A stretch of 64,000 nucleotides of DNA from Antedon mediterranea (lineage: Eukaryota > Animalia > Echinodermata), in the NCBI RefSeq assembly GCF_964355755.1, contig NC_092671.1, positions 8,866,001 to 8,930,000 on the forward strand. The letters are read 5' to 3'. Under the pieces are notes generated by a model. That model made no database searches. It was not told where the DNA came from and was given only the letters and a program-made list of their open reading frames with translations. Positions 51,745 through 63,877 of this stretch are shown one piece after another. Position 1 is the first letter of the stretch, and the number at the start of each line of letters is the position of its first letter. Made by a program: the position numbers and the translations under genes.

Positions 51745-53758
51745 ACATACACAAAACAAAAACAGTGACAGTCACAAATAATGTTAGGAAAACTTTCTTT
51801 TCTGCTTTATCTCTGCGTTTCGTTCCACTTGAATGTTTTGCTGTATCACGTGACTTGCGTAATGATATAAGCATGGCTGTATACACAATTATTAAGATTG
51901 TAGTGATTGTCCAAATAAAAGCCACATCAACAAACATACCGTACTTTTCAAAAGTGACATCGGAACACGCAAAAAATGTATTTGGTATACCGTACGCGTT
52001 ATTATCAGACCAGGAGTAAGTGTATTTTTTTTCAATATACGTTAACAATTTTTTCACATTGCAAAACGCATTTAAAAACCAAATAATTGCACACATTTGT
52101 ACAGACCTCGAAATAGTCCCGAATTTAGTTTTTTTAAATTGAAATGGTAGACATATTGCCATACATCGTTCAATTGACATCCATACTATAGTTACAGCAC
52201 TAACTCGCCATCCAACATAGCTGACGTATCCATATAAGTGGCAGAGCCATCCAAATCTTAACTCATTACCGTAAACGTATGAACTGGATATTTCAATATA
52301 CGATTTCCATATAAAAACTGGTGCAGCTATCAAGTATAACGTGTCAGCTATGGCCAGATTGGCTAAATACACGTTAATAGCTGTCCACATGTACCTTGTA
52401 TTCACTATCACAATAATCGTCATTACGTTACCAATAATTCCTATGATAATCACTATAGGCATCACGATCGCAATGATAACTCTTTCAAAAGGTGTATATA
52501 TCAATGAGGCTAAAAAGGCGTCCCACCAATCGGCGTAACTTGAGTTTTCGGCCGACGTTAATGCGATTTCGTCGCTGTACGCGTTACCAATGGACGCCGA
52601 CATTTCATTGAACAGGTTAAGTTTATAAGCAGACTACAGTATATCCGGGCTACCCAGAGAACAGACGGAATCGAATCTGCAAAATATTATACAAATTGTA
52701 ATATGACGTTGATATGATCGGAGACTATGATGACGGTAATAACAACTTTAATGATGTTGATAAGGAAGTGTGATAGCGGCAATTCTTGATAGTTATATCA
52801 GGTTTTCTAATCCGTCGATACTATATGAATCGAAGTACAGTAGACCACTTTAATACACGTCACTCACCATATTGATTGTCAGCCACAAAATTGACTGTTA
52901 TATTGCTTTAATAAAGTACACCCGCGTGAAGAATTAAAATTAAAATTGACAAACAGATGTTTTTATTTCGTCAAAAATAAATAATGTCAATCGAACGGCG
53001 TTAACTTATAAAAACATAAGAGGTTAGCAAATGTAGTTGTCTTTTGCGCAATTAAGATTGAAATTAAAACAATCGATCAAATCAATCAAATCAATCAAAT
53101 CAACTATAAAAGGAAAGTAATTGGCAGGTAATAATTTTACAGTTTCTTGGTAGATTTGATCTATTTTGTCGATAATAGGACCAGTGGATTTTCATTGGTA
53201 TATAATATACCTGGAACTCGGAACAAACATTTTGAAAATAAAACAGAGTACACATACAAAATAGGCCTTCCGTTAAAACAGTTCTACAACAAAAATAGAG
53301 AATTATTGAGAGTAGTGAAATGTTATGATTGTCTATCCGTATCTAGGAGGTCTGTGTCCCGATTCAACTTATTTCTGATAGCGTTAGGTGATGCTTTTCC
53401 CAAACTACCCCTAAGTTTTAAATAGTGCCGTTTAGAACCCCTCCAAAATGTTAGACCTACTACAGAATCTTTACGCTGACAACCCTGTGATATCACTTGA
53501 AACGTGTTCCAGGATTCTGCTTTCCTCACTATGTCGGTTTGTCGGTCGGTCGGTAAAGACTAACTTGTATATGACCTTGTCTTCATCTAGCTAAGTCAAT
53601 TTTTCAGAGTATATTCCTTATGGCCAGGACTCGGTGTGGTTATGTTTTTCACGGTGCGCAATCAAAAATTACGCGGTCTACGGACGATTTAACGAAATCA
53701 CGTTTGTAATCATATCTTTACAAGCATCAATCACAATTAAATAAAATTTGGTACTCAT

Positions 53759-56700
53759 CAATCAATTGACGTGTGCGCCTTACAAGCGGCCAGTCTGATC
53801 TGTTCTCCAAGTTTCTGTAAAATTACAGTTTCTGTATACTGAAATCTGTGTGTTTAATGCCACATCGAACTTTTCCTGGTTATTACTGACCGTTGTATGT
53901 ATTTGTGAAGATAACATCGTTGGTCTACTAGCGAAACTAATGTTCCGTTTTCCTAGGCCAGTTTCGTTTGCCTGTCTACTCACATTCCTGTGCAGTCAGC
54001 CTTCGCGGTCAGCCGTATCCACGGTTCATTCAACATTCTTTGCCGGATTTGTCAACTACGGTAGGCCTAGGATTGTAGTAGTCGGCTTACTTCACAGAAC
54101 CGAATCGTCTTATCATAACGGGTGTTCATTGACTTTAATTCAACCTGTCAGTTCATCTATTGCGTCTATGATTTACTACAATCGTGATCAACTTCTCAGA
54201 TTATCAGGAAACTTAAAGTCATCGTTGACTCCATCAGAAATTGACACTATAAATCGTTTGAATATCAATGCCTTTACCACATGCCGAGCATTCTCAACTC
54301 GAAAAACACATAGAGGAAAGAAGGCTGGTCGACGACGAAGCAAGCTTATCTCTGCCGCCACTGAACACATCTCTCAACCTCGCAGACCTGTTTCCGTGGA
54401 TACTGAACAATCTCGTAGTTCGAGTTCCATCTGTTTTGGACTGTGGAATGCGCGTTCTATAAGAAATAAAACTGTTCACGTTTGTGATTTTATTTTGGAT
54501 GTTGAATTAGACATTTTTGTAATTACCGAAAGTTGGTTGAAAGGTGATGCAAGTGACAACCACTTTATTGCGGACGTGAGTAACACCCTCCCAAATTTCG
54601 TGGTGTCACATGAGCCACGCCCTACAGGTGGACGCGGAGGTGGAATATGCATCATTTCGCACCGTGGACTCCAAATAACACCAAATGTTTCAACAAGTTT
54701 CCGGTCTTTCGAACATATGGATATCAAGATCACTTCCAATTCATCTGTAATTAACTTGATTTCAATTTACAGACCACCACCATCGACCAAAAACAAACTT
54801 ACCTTTGACTTGTTCATCACTGAATTCTCATCACTTCTTGAATCAGTCTCTTGCACCAAAAACCTTCTGATAGTTGGTGATTTCAATATTCACACAGATG
54901 ACCTCTTGGACAACAACACCAAGCGATTTGATGAACTGCTTTACACGAGTTGTCTTCATCAACACGTCCAAGGCCCCACTCACGTTAGCGGGCACACACT
55001 GGACCTTCTAATCTCTCGAAAAAACGACAACATAATAAAACAAACCACTGTCAAACAAGGACTACCATCCGACCATATGGCTGTCATCAGCTTTGTGGAT
55101 TTATCACATCCTAAACAACCAACGCGGACAACCTCTTACCGCAAACTTCGTAACATTGATCTAAATTGTTTTGTGGAAGATATAATGAATTCCCCGCTCG
55201 TCTGCGCACCGGAAGATAATGTCTCCGATCTCGCTGACCAATACAATAATGTATTGCAGTACATCCTTGACCAACATGCTCCGTTAACAACTAAACTGGT
55301 CACCATTAGACCACGGGCACCATGGTACACGAATGAACTCCGTGAAGCGAAGTGCGTCAAACGGAGATCAGAACGCAGAATGTTGAAATCTGGTTTGGAT
55401 ATCGACAAACAGAGGTACAAGTTGGAATGCAAAGCATATAAAGATATGCTAGATCTAGCAAAATGCAATTATCATCGCAATGAAATCGCTAATGCGGATG
55501 ACAAGAACCTTTTCCGCATCATAAGTAAACTGTACTCGGTCGATTCTTCTCCTGTTCTGCCAAAACACACATCTTTCAATGGATCTCGCAAACCAGTTTG
55601 GCTGTTTCTTTAATGAAAAGATTCTGAAAATTTGCAAGAAACTTAACTCCATAAACACTCCACTAATAACTGTCAACGTCGACGAGTCATGTAATAGTAG
55701 TTTCGCTGAATTTGAGCAAATATCAGAAGATACGGTACGCAAAGTCATCGCTGAAAGCGCATCTAAGTCCAGTAGACTTGACCCAATTCCAACACGGTTA
55801 CTAAAAAACTGCATTGACGCTCTACTACCGCATATCACTAAAATCGTCAACATGTCGCTGTCATCAGGTACTGTACCATCTGCATTTAAATTGTCCCTCG
55901 TTATGCCACTGTTGAAAAAGCAAAATCTCGACTCCAACGTCCTACAAAATTATAGACCAATAGCAAATCTTCCCTTCCTTTTCAAAGTCTTGGAAAGAAT
56001 TGCAACTGCTCAGATAAAAGCATATATGGATGAACATTTCCTGTTTTCAAAAGTCCAATCAGCCTACCGCCGCTTCCACTCAACTGAAACCGCTTTATTA
56101 CGTGTTACAAACGATCTACTACTTGCTTTAGACAAAGGTAATGAAGCGGTACTTATTCTACTCGACTACTCCGCAGCATTTGACACTATCAATCATGATT
56201 TATTATTTCAACGTCTTCATAAAAGATACGGCATAAGCGGAACCGCATTGAAATGGTTTATTTCATATTTTGAGAATCGTAGATAAGCAATCATTGTGGG
56301 TGATTCGATGTCTGATGAGTTCGCTCTACCCTGGGGTGTACCACAGGGATCCGTAAAAGGTCCACTCGATTTCATCTTATACACTGGACCACTCAGCAAC
56401 ATCATTGATTCCCACCCGGAAGTTCGTCATATGATCTATGCAGATGACACTCAACTATATTTAATCATGAAACCTACACATCACTCTGAATCTGTTAACA
56501 GCCTTGAATCATGCATTGCAGATGTTCGCTCATGGGCCATTCAAAATAAACTCATGCTCAACGACTCCAAGACTGAAATGATCCATTTTCATTCAAAGTT
56601 CCGTGAGGCATCATCATTTCCTTTGGTCCATATCGGAGATACTAGTGTCTCTACCTCCAGCTCAGCCAGAAATCTAGGCGTCCAACTAGACAACAGCCTC

Positions 56701-57369
56701 GGTTTAAAAGAACACATTCGTAATGTTTGCCGTGGTGCTTCCTTTGGAATTTACCAGATCGGCCAGATTCGTAAGTACCTTGACAAAACATCAACTGAAC
56801 GTCTTGTTCATGCTTTTGTTTCATCTCGTCTGGACTGTAATAACTCGCTTCTGTACGGCCTACCAACTTCTTATCTGTCTCCTCTTCAACGAATCCAAAA
56901 TTCCGCCGCAAGACTTATCACTGGCACTAAACGACATGAACATATTTCTCCCGTTTTACGTGACTTACACTGGTTGCCTGTTGATCAGCGCATTCGTTTT
57001 AAAATCCTGTTGCTGACATATAAGGCCATCAACGGATGTGCTCCAGCCTACATATGTGACATCATTACTCCGTCAACCAACTCTTCGCTTCGTTCATCCA
57101 GCAGACTTCTTCTAAAACCTGGACCCCGTTCCAGAACTCGGTTTTACGGTGATCGTGCTTTCGCTGTCGCAGCCCCAAAACTCTGGAACACTCTACCACT
57201 CGAAATACGCTCATCAAAATCTGTTATCACATTTAAAACTAAACTCAAAACTCATCTCTTCAGAGAAGCATAATCGCACGCTACTACTTGCACTGATCTT
57301 GGAAAACACAGCGCTTTGAAACCTTTGTCTCTTGCGCTTTATAAATGTTATTTATTATTATTATTATAT
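53759..57369 (+). mobile_element. L2/CR1-group LINE, near full length, single long ORF
   Basis: APE endonuclease (LWNARS, ITESWL, IYRPP, VGDFNIH, GHTLDL, SDH), RT (NYRPIANL, LDYSAAFDTINH, GVPQGS, YADDTQLY), C-terminus FKTKLKTHLF; 3' stem-loop cagcgctttgaa...gcgctttataaat and (ATT)n tail; TSD TACTCAT at 53752-53758 and 57370-57376; empty site visible at 61124-61130. Confidence 0.93.
53940..57273 (+). pseudogene. L2 ORF2 (EN-RT) with a frameshift and a nonsense codon
   Basis: Frameshift near 55575-55580 joins ORFs 53850-55613 and 55579-56286; in-frame TAA at 56284-56286 (ENRR*AIIVG) then continues to 57273. Confidence 0.88.
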
Positions 57370-58097
57370 TACTCATAAATTTCAGGTCATATTTCATCAT
57401 ATAGCAATACAATTACGTCCGTAGCGCATATAACGCATGCGAACGCGCGCTTAAAATTTTCAAAATTGTCAAATTTATTTTCGATGAAATTAGAATACTG
57501 TACGTTTCAGGCAATTTTAAGCTTTTAAAAAATTGCAATGAGTGCGCAGATTTTTGCACGCGCAGTGCACGTTAAACGTTAATACGCACTCCTTTTGTCC
57601 GATTTCTGTTTTACAACCTTTCTTTAATAATGTTATCATATTTGATTCACTTTCCAACTCGAAATTACGTGATACGAGCACGTCAAAAATTACAGGCTAC
57701 GCACGTGTAAATTAAAAAAATATAAATGTTTTTAAAACATTTTCAACATTTCAAACATGTTCAGCAATTTCGTTCGGTTGGTCGGTCGGTCGGTAAACAC
57801 TAACTTGAGCACGCGACTGCAGTCATGTAGGCTATATGAGGCCTTGTCCTGAGTAGATACAGAAAGTTGACAACAACAATTCAGTGACAACTAAAATATG
57901 TCTTTACTCAATTGTGATGTTAGGGATATCCTAATTAATAAAAAAAAAAAGAGCAGGCTTTTGCAACATAATAACGTTTATAATGTTGTTGTATTAAATA
58001 TAATAACATTTATAGCAAGTACGGTACTATAGGTAGCTGGTCGTCTCTTGTATTCGCGCACCGCGATAACGTCAATACAATAGTCGAAACCCTTTTG

Positions 58098-58628
58098 TTA
58101 TTTTATGGACGTGCTTTGGATTTTCTCTGTTACCTGTTTCGTATTGTTTTTGCAACATCTGAAAAATATTTCACGAAACCCTCGTCTAAATCTGATATTT
58201 GTTGCATTATATATCAACGGATTTAAAGAGGAGTTCAACATTGGTAAACTAATCAAAAAAATAAACACATTTTCGTCAAAATTGGAAAGTATTCTGTACT
58301 TAAATGATAAAAAGAAATATGTATAAAATGGAAACATACACAAAACATAAACAGTGACAGTCACAAATAATGTTAGGAAAACTTTCTTTTCTGCTTTATC
58401 TCTGCGTTTTGTTCCATTTGAATGTTTTGCTGTATCACGTGACTTGCGTAATGATTTAAGCATGGCTGTATACATAATTATTAAGAATGTAGTTATTGTC
58501 CAAGTAAAAGCCACATCCACAAACATACCGTACTGTAAATAAGTGACATCGGTACACGTAAAGAATGTATTTGGTATGCCGTACGCGTTATTATCAGGCC
58601 AGGAGTAAGTGAATTTGTTTTCAATATA
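58098..58628 (-). pseudogene. GPCR copy 3, 3' fragment (ECL2-TM7-tail only)
   Basis: Almost identical to 61850-62380; its 5' half and start are deleted and it is fused directly to sequence matching 63324 onward. Confidence 0.88.
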
Positions 58629-58959
58629 CTAAAGCTATAGTCTAAATCCAGTCCTAGGGTAGATGTAGGCATACTGTACGAATCGCAGTGACTTCTTCCA
58701 ACTTTAACGCATATGATGGTCACCGAAGATATAAATTCTTCTTTTTCTGAAATAACCGTCTTCGTTTTTATTCTAAATTGGTTTAATGTAAAGCAATCAC
58801 TCACTAATCACTATTACTAATTGGCAAATGTTTGTCTTTTGAAATTAAGAATAAAATGAAAACAATCAATCAAAGTCTGTTACAGTGTATACTAAAAGAC
58901 CTGTTACAGGTTTTGCATTTGTTCTGCAACATCTACAAAACACTTCATTAAAACCTTGT

Positions 58960-59946
58960 CTAATTAAATCTCCTATTTGTTGTATTATATATCAACGGAT
59001 TTAAAGAGGAGTTCAACATTGCTAAAATATTTAAAATTATACTAATCAATCTGCCATCCATAATTTGATATACTGTTAAAACGTAATATGTATACAATGG
59101 CAACATACACAAAACATAAACAGTGACAGTCACAAATAATGTTAGGAAAACGTTCTTTTCTGCTTTATCTCTGCATTTCGTTCCACTTGAATGTTTTGCT
59201 GTATCACGTGACTTGCGTAATGATATAAGCATGGCTGTATACACAATTATTAAGATTGTACTTATTGTCCAAATAAAAGCCACATCAACAAACATACCGT
59301 ACTTTTCAAAAGCGACATCATAACACACAAAATATGTATTGACGTCAGTCATATCAGGCCAGGGGTAAGTACCCTCCGTAGTCTTTAACAATTTTCCCAC
59401 ATTGCAACATAAGTTTAAAAACCAAATAATTGCACACATCTGTACAGACCGCGAAATAGTCCCGAATTTAGTTTTTCTAAATTGAAATGGTAGACATATC
59501 GCCATACATCGTTCAATTGACATCCATACAATAGTTACAGCACTGACTCGTGTTCCAACATACATTAAATATCCTTGTATTTGGCAAAACCATTCGAATT
59601 TTAACTCGTTTACGTATTGGAAGGGAATAGGGCTTTCAATATAAGACTTCCATGTAAAAGCTGGTACATCTATCAAGTATAACGTGTCAGCTATGGCCAG
59701 ATTGGCTAAATACACGTTAATAGCCGTCCACATGTACCTTTTATTCACTATCACAATAATCGTCATTACGTTACCAATAATTCCTATGATAATCACTATA
59801 GGCATCACGATCGCAATGATAACTCTTTCAAAAGGTGTATATATCAATGAGGCTAAAAAGGCGTCCCACCAATCGGCGTAACTTGAGTTTTCGGCCGACG
59901 TTAATACGATTTCGTCGCTGTACGCGTTACCAATGGACGCCGACAT
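58960..59946 (-). CDS. GPCR copy 4 (328 aa), C-terminally truncated by a 4-bp insertion
   Basis: Full TM1-TM7 to NPLIYNTTNRRFN*; gtc-TAAT-taaatc versus gtctaaatc in copy 6 creates a TAG before helix 8. Confidence 0.85.
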   Translation of the reverse strand: MSASIGNAYSDEIVLTSAENSSYADWWDAFLASLIYTPFERVIIAIVMPIVIIIGIIGNVMTIIVIVNKRYMWTAINVYLANLAIADTLYLIDVPAFTWKSYIESPIPFQYVNELKFEWFCQIQGYLMYVGTRVSAVTIVWMSIERCMAICLPFQFRKTKFGTISRSVQMCAIIWFLNLCCNVGKLLKTTEGTYPWPDMTDVNTYFVCYDVAFEKYGMFVDVAFIWTISTILIIVYTAMLISLRKSRDTAKHSSGTKCRDKAEKNVFLTLFVTVTVYVLCMLPLYTYYVLTVYQIMDGRLISIILNILAMLNSSLNPLIYNTTNRRFN

Positions 59947-60902
59947 TTTATTGAACAGGTTAAGTTTATAAGCAGACTGCAGTATATCCGGGCTACACAG
60001 AGAACAGACGGAATCGAATCCGCAAAATATTATACAAATTGTAATATGACGTTGATATGATCGGAGACTATAACTACTTTAATGATGTTGATAATGACGT
60101 GTGATAGCGGCAATTCTTGATAGTTATACTGTATCAGGTTTTCTAATCCTTCGATCACCTCGATACTATATGAATCGAAGTACAGTAGACCACTTTAATA
60201 CACGTCACTCACCATATTGATTGTCAGCCACAAAATTGACTGTTATATTGCTTTAATATAAAGTACACCCGCGTGAAGAATTCAAATTAAAATTGACAAA
60301 CAGATGTTTTTATTTCGTCAAAAATAAATAATGTCAATCAAACGGCGTTAACTTATAAAAACATAAGAGGTTAGCAAATGTAGTTGTCTTTTGGCAATTA
60401 AGATTGAAATTAAAACAATCGATCAAATCAATCAAATCAATCAAATCAACTATAAAAGGAAAGTAATTGGCAGGTAATAATTTTACAGTTTCTTGGTAGA
60501 TTTGATCTATTTTGTCGACAATAGGACCAGTGGATTTTCATTGGTATATAATATACCTGGAACTCGGAACAAACATTTTGAAAATAAAACAGAGTACACA
60601 TACAAAAAAGGCCTTCCGTTAAAACAGTTCTACAATAAAAATAGAGAATTATTGAGAGTAGTGAAATGTTATGATTGTCTATCCGTATCTAGGAGGTCTG
60701 TGTCCGATTCAACTTATTTCTGATAGCGTTAGGTGATGCTTTTCCCAAACACTACCCCTAAGTTTTAAATAGTGCCGTTTAGAACCCCTCCAAAATGTTA
60801 GGCCTACTACAGAATCTTTACGCTGACAACCCTGTGATATCACTTGAAACGTGTTCCAGGATTCTGCTTGCCTCTTTTAGGTGTGCATTTTGACTCTCCT
60901 CA

Positions 60903-61600
60903 CTATGTCGGTTGGTCGGTCGGTCGGTAGACTAACTTGTATATGACCTTGTCTTCATCTAGCTAAGTCAATTTTTCAGAGTATATTCCTTATGGCAAGG
61001 ACTCGGTGTGGTTATGTTTTTCACGGTGCGCAATCAAAAATTACGCGGTCTACGGACGATTTAACGAAATCACGTTTGTAATCATATCTTCACAAGCATC
61101 AATCACAATTAAATAAAATTTGGTACTCATAAATTTCAGGTCATATTTCATCATATAGCAATACAATTACGTCCGTAGCGCATATAACGCATGCGAACGC
61201 GCGCTTAAAATTTTCAAAATTGTCAAATTTATTTTCGATGAAATTAGAATACTGTACGTTTCAGGCAATTTTAAGCGTTTAAAAAATTGCAATGAGTGCG
61301 CAGATTTTTGCACGCGCAGTGCACGTTAAACGTTAATACGCACTCCTTTTGTCCGATTTCTGTTTTACAACCTTTCTTTAATAATGTTATCATATTTGAT
61401 TCACTTTCCAACTCGAAATTACGTGATACGAGCACGTCAAAAATTACAGGCTACGCACGTGTAAATAAAAAAAATATAAATGTTTTTAAAACATTTTCAA
61501 CATTTCAAACATGTTCAGCAATTTCGGTCGGTTGGTCGGTCGGTCGGTCGGTAAACACTAACACGCGACTGCAGTCATGTAGGCTATATGAGGCCTTGTT
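60903..61600. mobile_element. Helentron/DINE-like non-autonomous element (uninterrupted copy)
   Basis: (CGGT)n tracts followed by actaac at both ends, short hairpin aggctatatgaggcct near one terminus, T-rich insertion site, no TIR or TSD; absent at the homologous position of the first spacer (42845/45246). Classification is inference. Confidence 0.55.
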
Positions 61601-61849
61601 CTGAGTAGATACAGAAAGTTGACAACAACAATTCAGTGACAACTAAAATATGTCTTTATTCAATTGTGATGTTAGGGATATCCTAATTAATAAAAAAAAA
61701 AAGAGCAGGCTTTTGCAACATAATAACGTTTATAATGTTGTTGTATTAAATATAATAACATTTATAGCAAGTACGGTACTATAGGTAGCTGGTCGTCTCT
61801 TGTATTCGTGCACCGCGATAACGTCAATACAATAGTCGAAACCCTTTTG

Positions 61850-62932
61850 TTATTTTATGGACGTGCTTTGGATTTTCTCTGTTACCTGTTTCGTATTGTT
61901 TTTGCAACATCTGAAAAATATTTCACGAAACCCTCGTCTAAATCTGATATTTGTTGAATTATATATCAACGGATTTAAAGAGGAGTTCAACATTGGTAAA
62001 CTAATCAAAAAAATAAACACATTTTCGTCAAAATTGGAAAGTATTCTGTACTTAAATGATAAAAAGAAATATGTATAAAATGGAAACATACACAAAACAT
62101 AAACAGTGACAGTCACAAATAATGTTAGGAAAACTTTCTTTTCTGCTTTATCTCTGCGTTTTGTTCCATTTGAATGTTTTGCTGTATCACGTGACTTGCG
62201 TAATGATTTAAGCATGGCTGTATACATAATTATTAAGAATGTAGTTATTGTCCAAATAAAAGCCACATCCACAAACATACCGTACTGTAAATAAGTGACA
62301 TCGGTACACGTAAAGAATGTATTTGGTATGCCGTACGCGTTATTATCAGACCAGGAGTAAGTGTATTTGTTTTCAATATACGCTAACAATTTTCTCACAT
62401 TGGAAAACGCATTTAGAAACCAAATAACTGCACACATTTGTACAGACCTCGAAATAGTCCCGAATTTAGTTTTTTTAAATTGAAATGGTAGACATATTGC
62501 CATGCATCGTTCAATTGACATCCATACAATAGTTACAGCACTGACTCGCGATCCAACAAAGATGACGTATCCATATAGGTGGCAGAGCCATCCAAACCTT
62601 AACTCATTACCGTAAACGTGTGAATCACTATTGGGTATCTCAATATACGATTTCCAAATAAAAACTGGTGACGCTATCAAGTATAACGTGTCAGCTATGG
62701 CCAGATTGGCTAAATACACGTTAATAGCCGTCCTCATGTACCTTTTATTCACTATCACAATAATCGTCATTACGTTACCAATAATTCCTATGATGATCAC
62801 TATAGGCATCACGGTCGTAATGATAACTCTTTCAAAAAGTGTATATGGATTAGTGTCCAAAGCATAACTTGAGTTTTCGGCCGACGTTAATGCGTTGTCG
62901 TCGCCGTATGCGTTACCAATGGTCGACGACAT
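61850..62932 (-). CDS. Intronless rhodopsin-class GPCR, copy 5 (intact, 360 aa from MSSTIG)
   Basis: Complete 7TM ORF with ERC and NPLIY motifs; ATG at 62932 aligns with the starts of the paralogues (upstream ATG at 62971 possible). Confidence 0.92.
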   Translation of the reverse strand: MSSTIGNAYGDDNALTSAENSSYALDTNPYTLFERVIITTVMPIVIIIGIIGNVMTIIVIVNKRYMRTAINVYLANLAIADTLYLIASPVFIWKSYIEIPNSDSHVYGNELRFGWLCHLYGYVIFVGSRVSAVTIVWMSIERCMAICLPFQFKKTKFGTISRSVQMCAVIWFLNAFSNVRKLLAYIENKYTYSWSDNNAYGIPNTFFTCTDVTYLQYGMFVDVAFIWTITTFLIIMYTAMLKSLRKSRDTAKHSNGTKRRDKAEKKVFLTLFVTVTVYVLCMFPFYTYFFLSFKYRILSNFDENVFIFLISLPMLNSSLNPLIYNSTNIRFRRGFREIFFRCCKNNTKQVTEKIQSTSIK

Positions 62933-63877
62933 TTTATTTGAGTAGGCTGTTAAAAGTATAACAGGCAACATTCAGCTTAATAATAATAATTTAATACGAA
63001 AATGAGTATTATAGTCATGCATATTAAAATTGATATGGCGATATTTCGCTTTGGCCTCCTGACGTGAAATATATTGATTACTGTAGCCTACTAAGTGTAG
63101 AACGGCCTACTATTCGTTACAAGTTATTCTCGTGAACTCGAATTAAAACTAACGTCTCAAGCTGTGCAAAATGATTTATTTATTTATTTATTACACCACC
63201 GTACGCAAACTCAGCTGTTGAAATTAACGAAACAACGATGAGGTGACGGTAATAATCAGTAAATGATGCCTGTATGTGAACATTAGCCTATAAGAACTTT
63301 TTAAAAAGAACTGTCAATAGCAAATACTAAAGCTATAGTCTAAATCCAGTCCTAGGGTAGATGCAGGCCTACTGTACGAATCGCAGTGACTTCTTCCAAC
63401 TTTAATATAAATTCTTCTTTTTCTGAAATAACCGTCTTCTTAAGACATTCGGTATCTCTATGACTTGAACTTCAAATTTATAGGCATACTAGACACACAC
63501 GTAGGCCCCCTAATGACGAATTTGAATTAAAATTGACACACCGAGGAAATTAAGTTTTTATTCTAAATTGGTTTAATGTAAAGCAATCACTCACTAATCA
63601 CTATTACTAATTGGCAAATGTTTGTCTTTTGAAATTAAGAATAAAATGAAAACAATCAATCAAAGTCTGTTAGTGTATACTAAAAGACAGAAAGATTAAC
63701 AGCACATTTCGTGCTTTGCGCATGCCCAGTCCGAGTTACCCATTTTTCAGCCGTAGTGAGATATAACCTTCCGCGTGATACAGTTTCCTAATGTTTATAA
63801 CTGCCTAAAGGCGCGGCGCGAACAAGTAGAATATGCCTATTGGCCGTACGCACTTTTTTTCTTGAAGGTTGTGGAAA

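Larger units (their letters stand above)
45492..52603 (-). pseudogene. GPCR copy 2, split in TM6 by the Gypsy insertion
   Basis: 5' part 52603-51745 (TM1-TM6, ...VTVFVLCM) and 3' part 45728-45492 (MFPFYT...NPLIY...STSIK) rejoin in frame once the element and one ACAT copy are removed. Confidence 0.92.
53529..57847. mobile_element. Helentron/DINE-like non-autonomous element interrupted by the L2 LINE
   Basis: 53529-53758 plus 57370-57847 match the uninterrupted copy at 60903-61600; (CGGT)n tracts near both ends. Confidence 0.55.

Noticed and set aside
53147-53425. ORF repeated at 60493-60723
   Set aside because: Non-ATG start, lies in the duplicated intergenic spacer and is broken by indels between copies.
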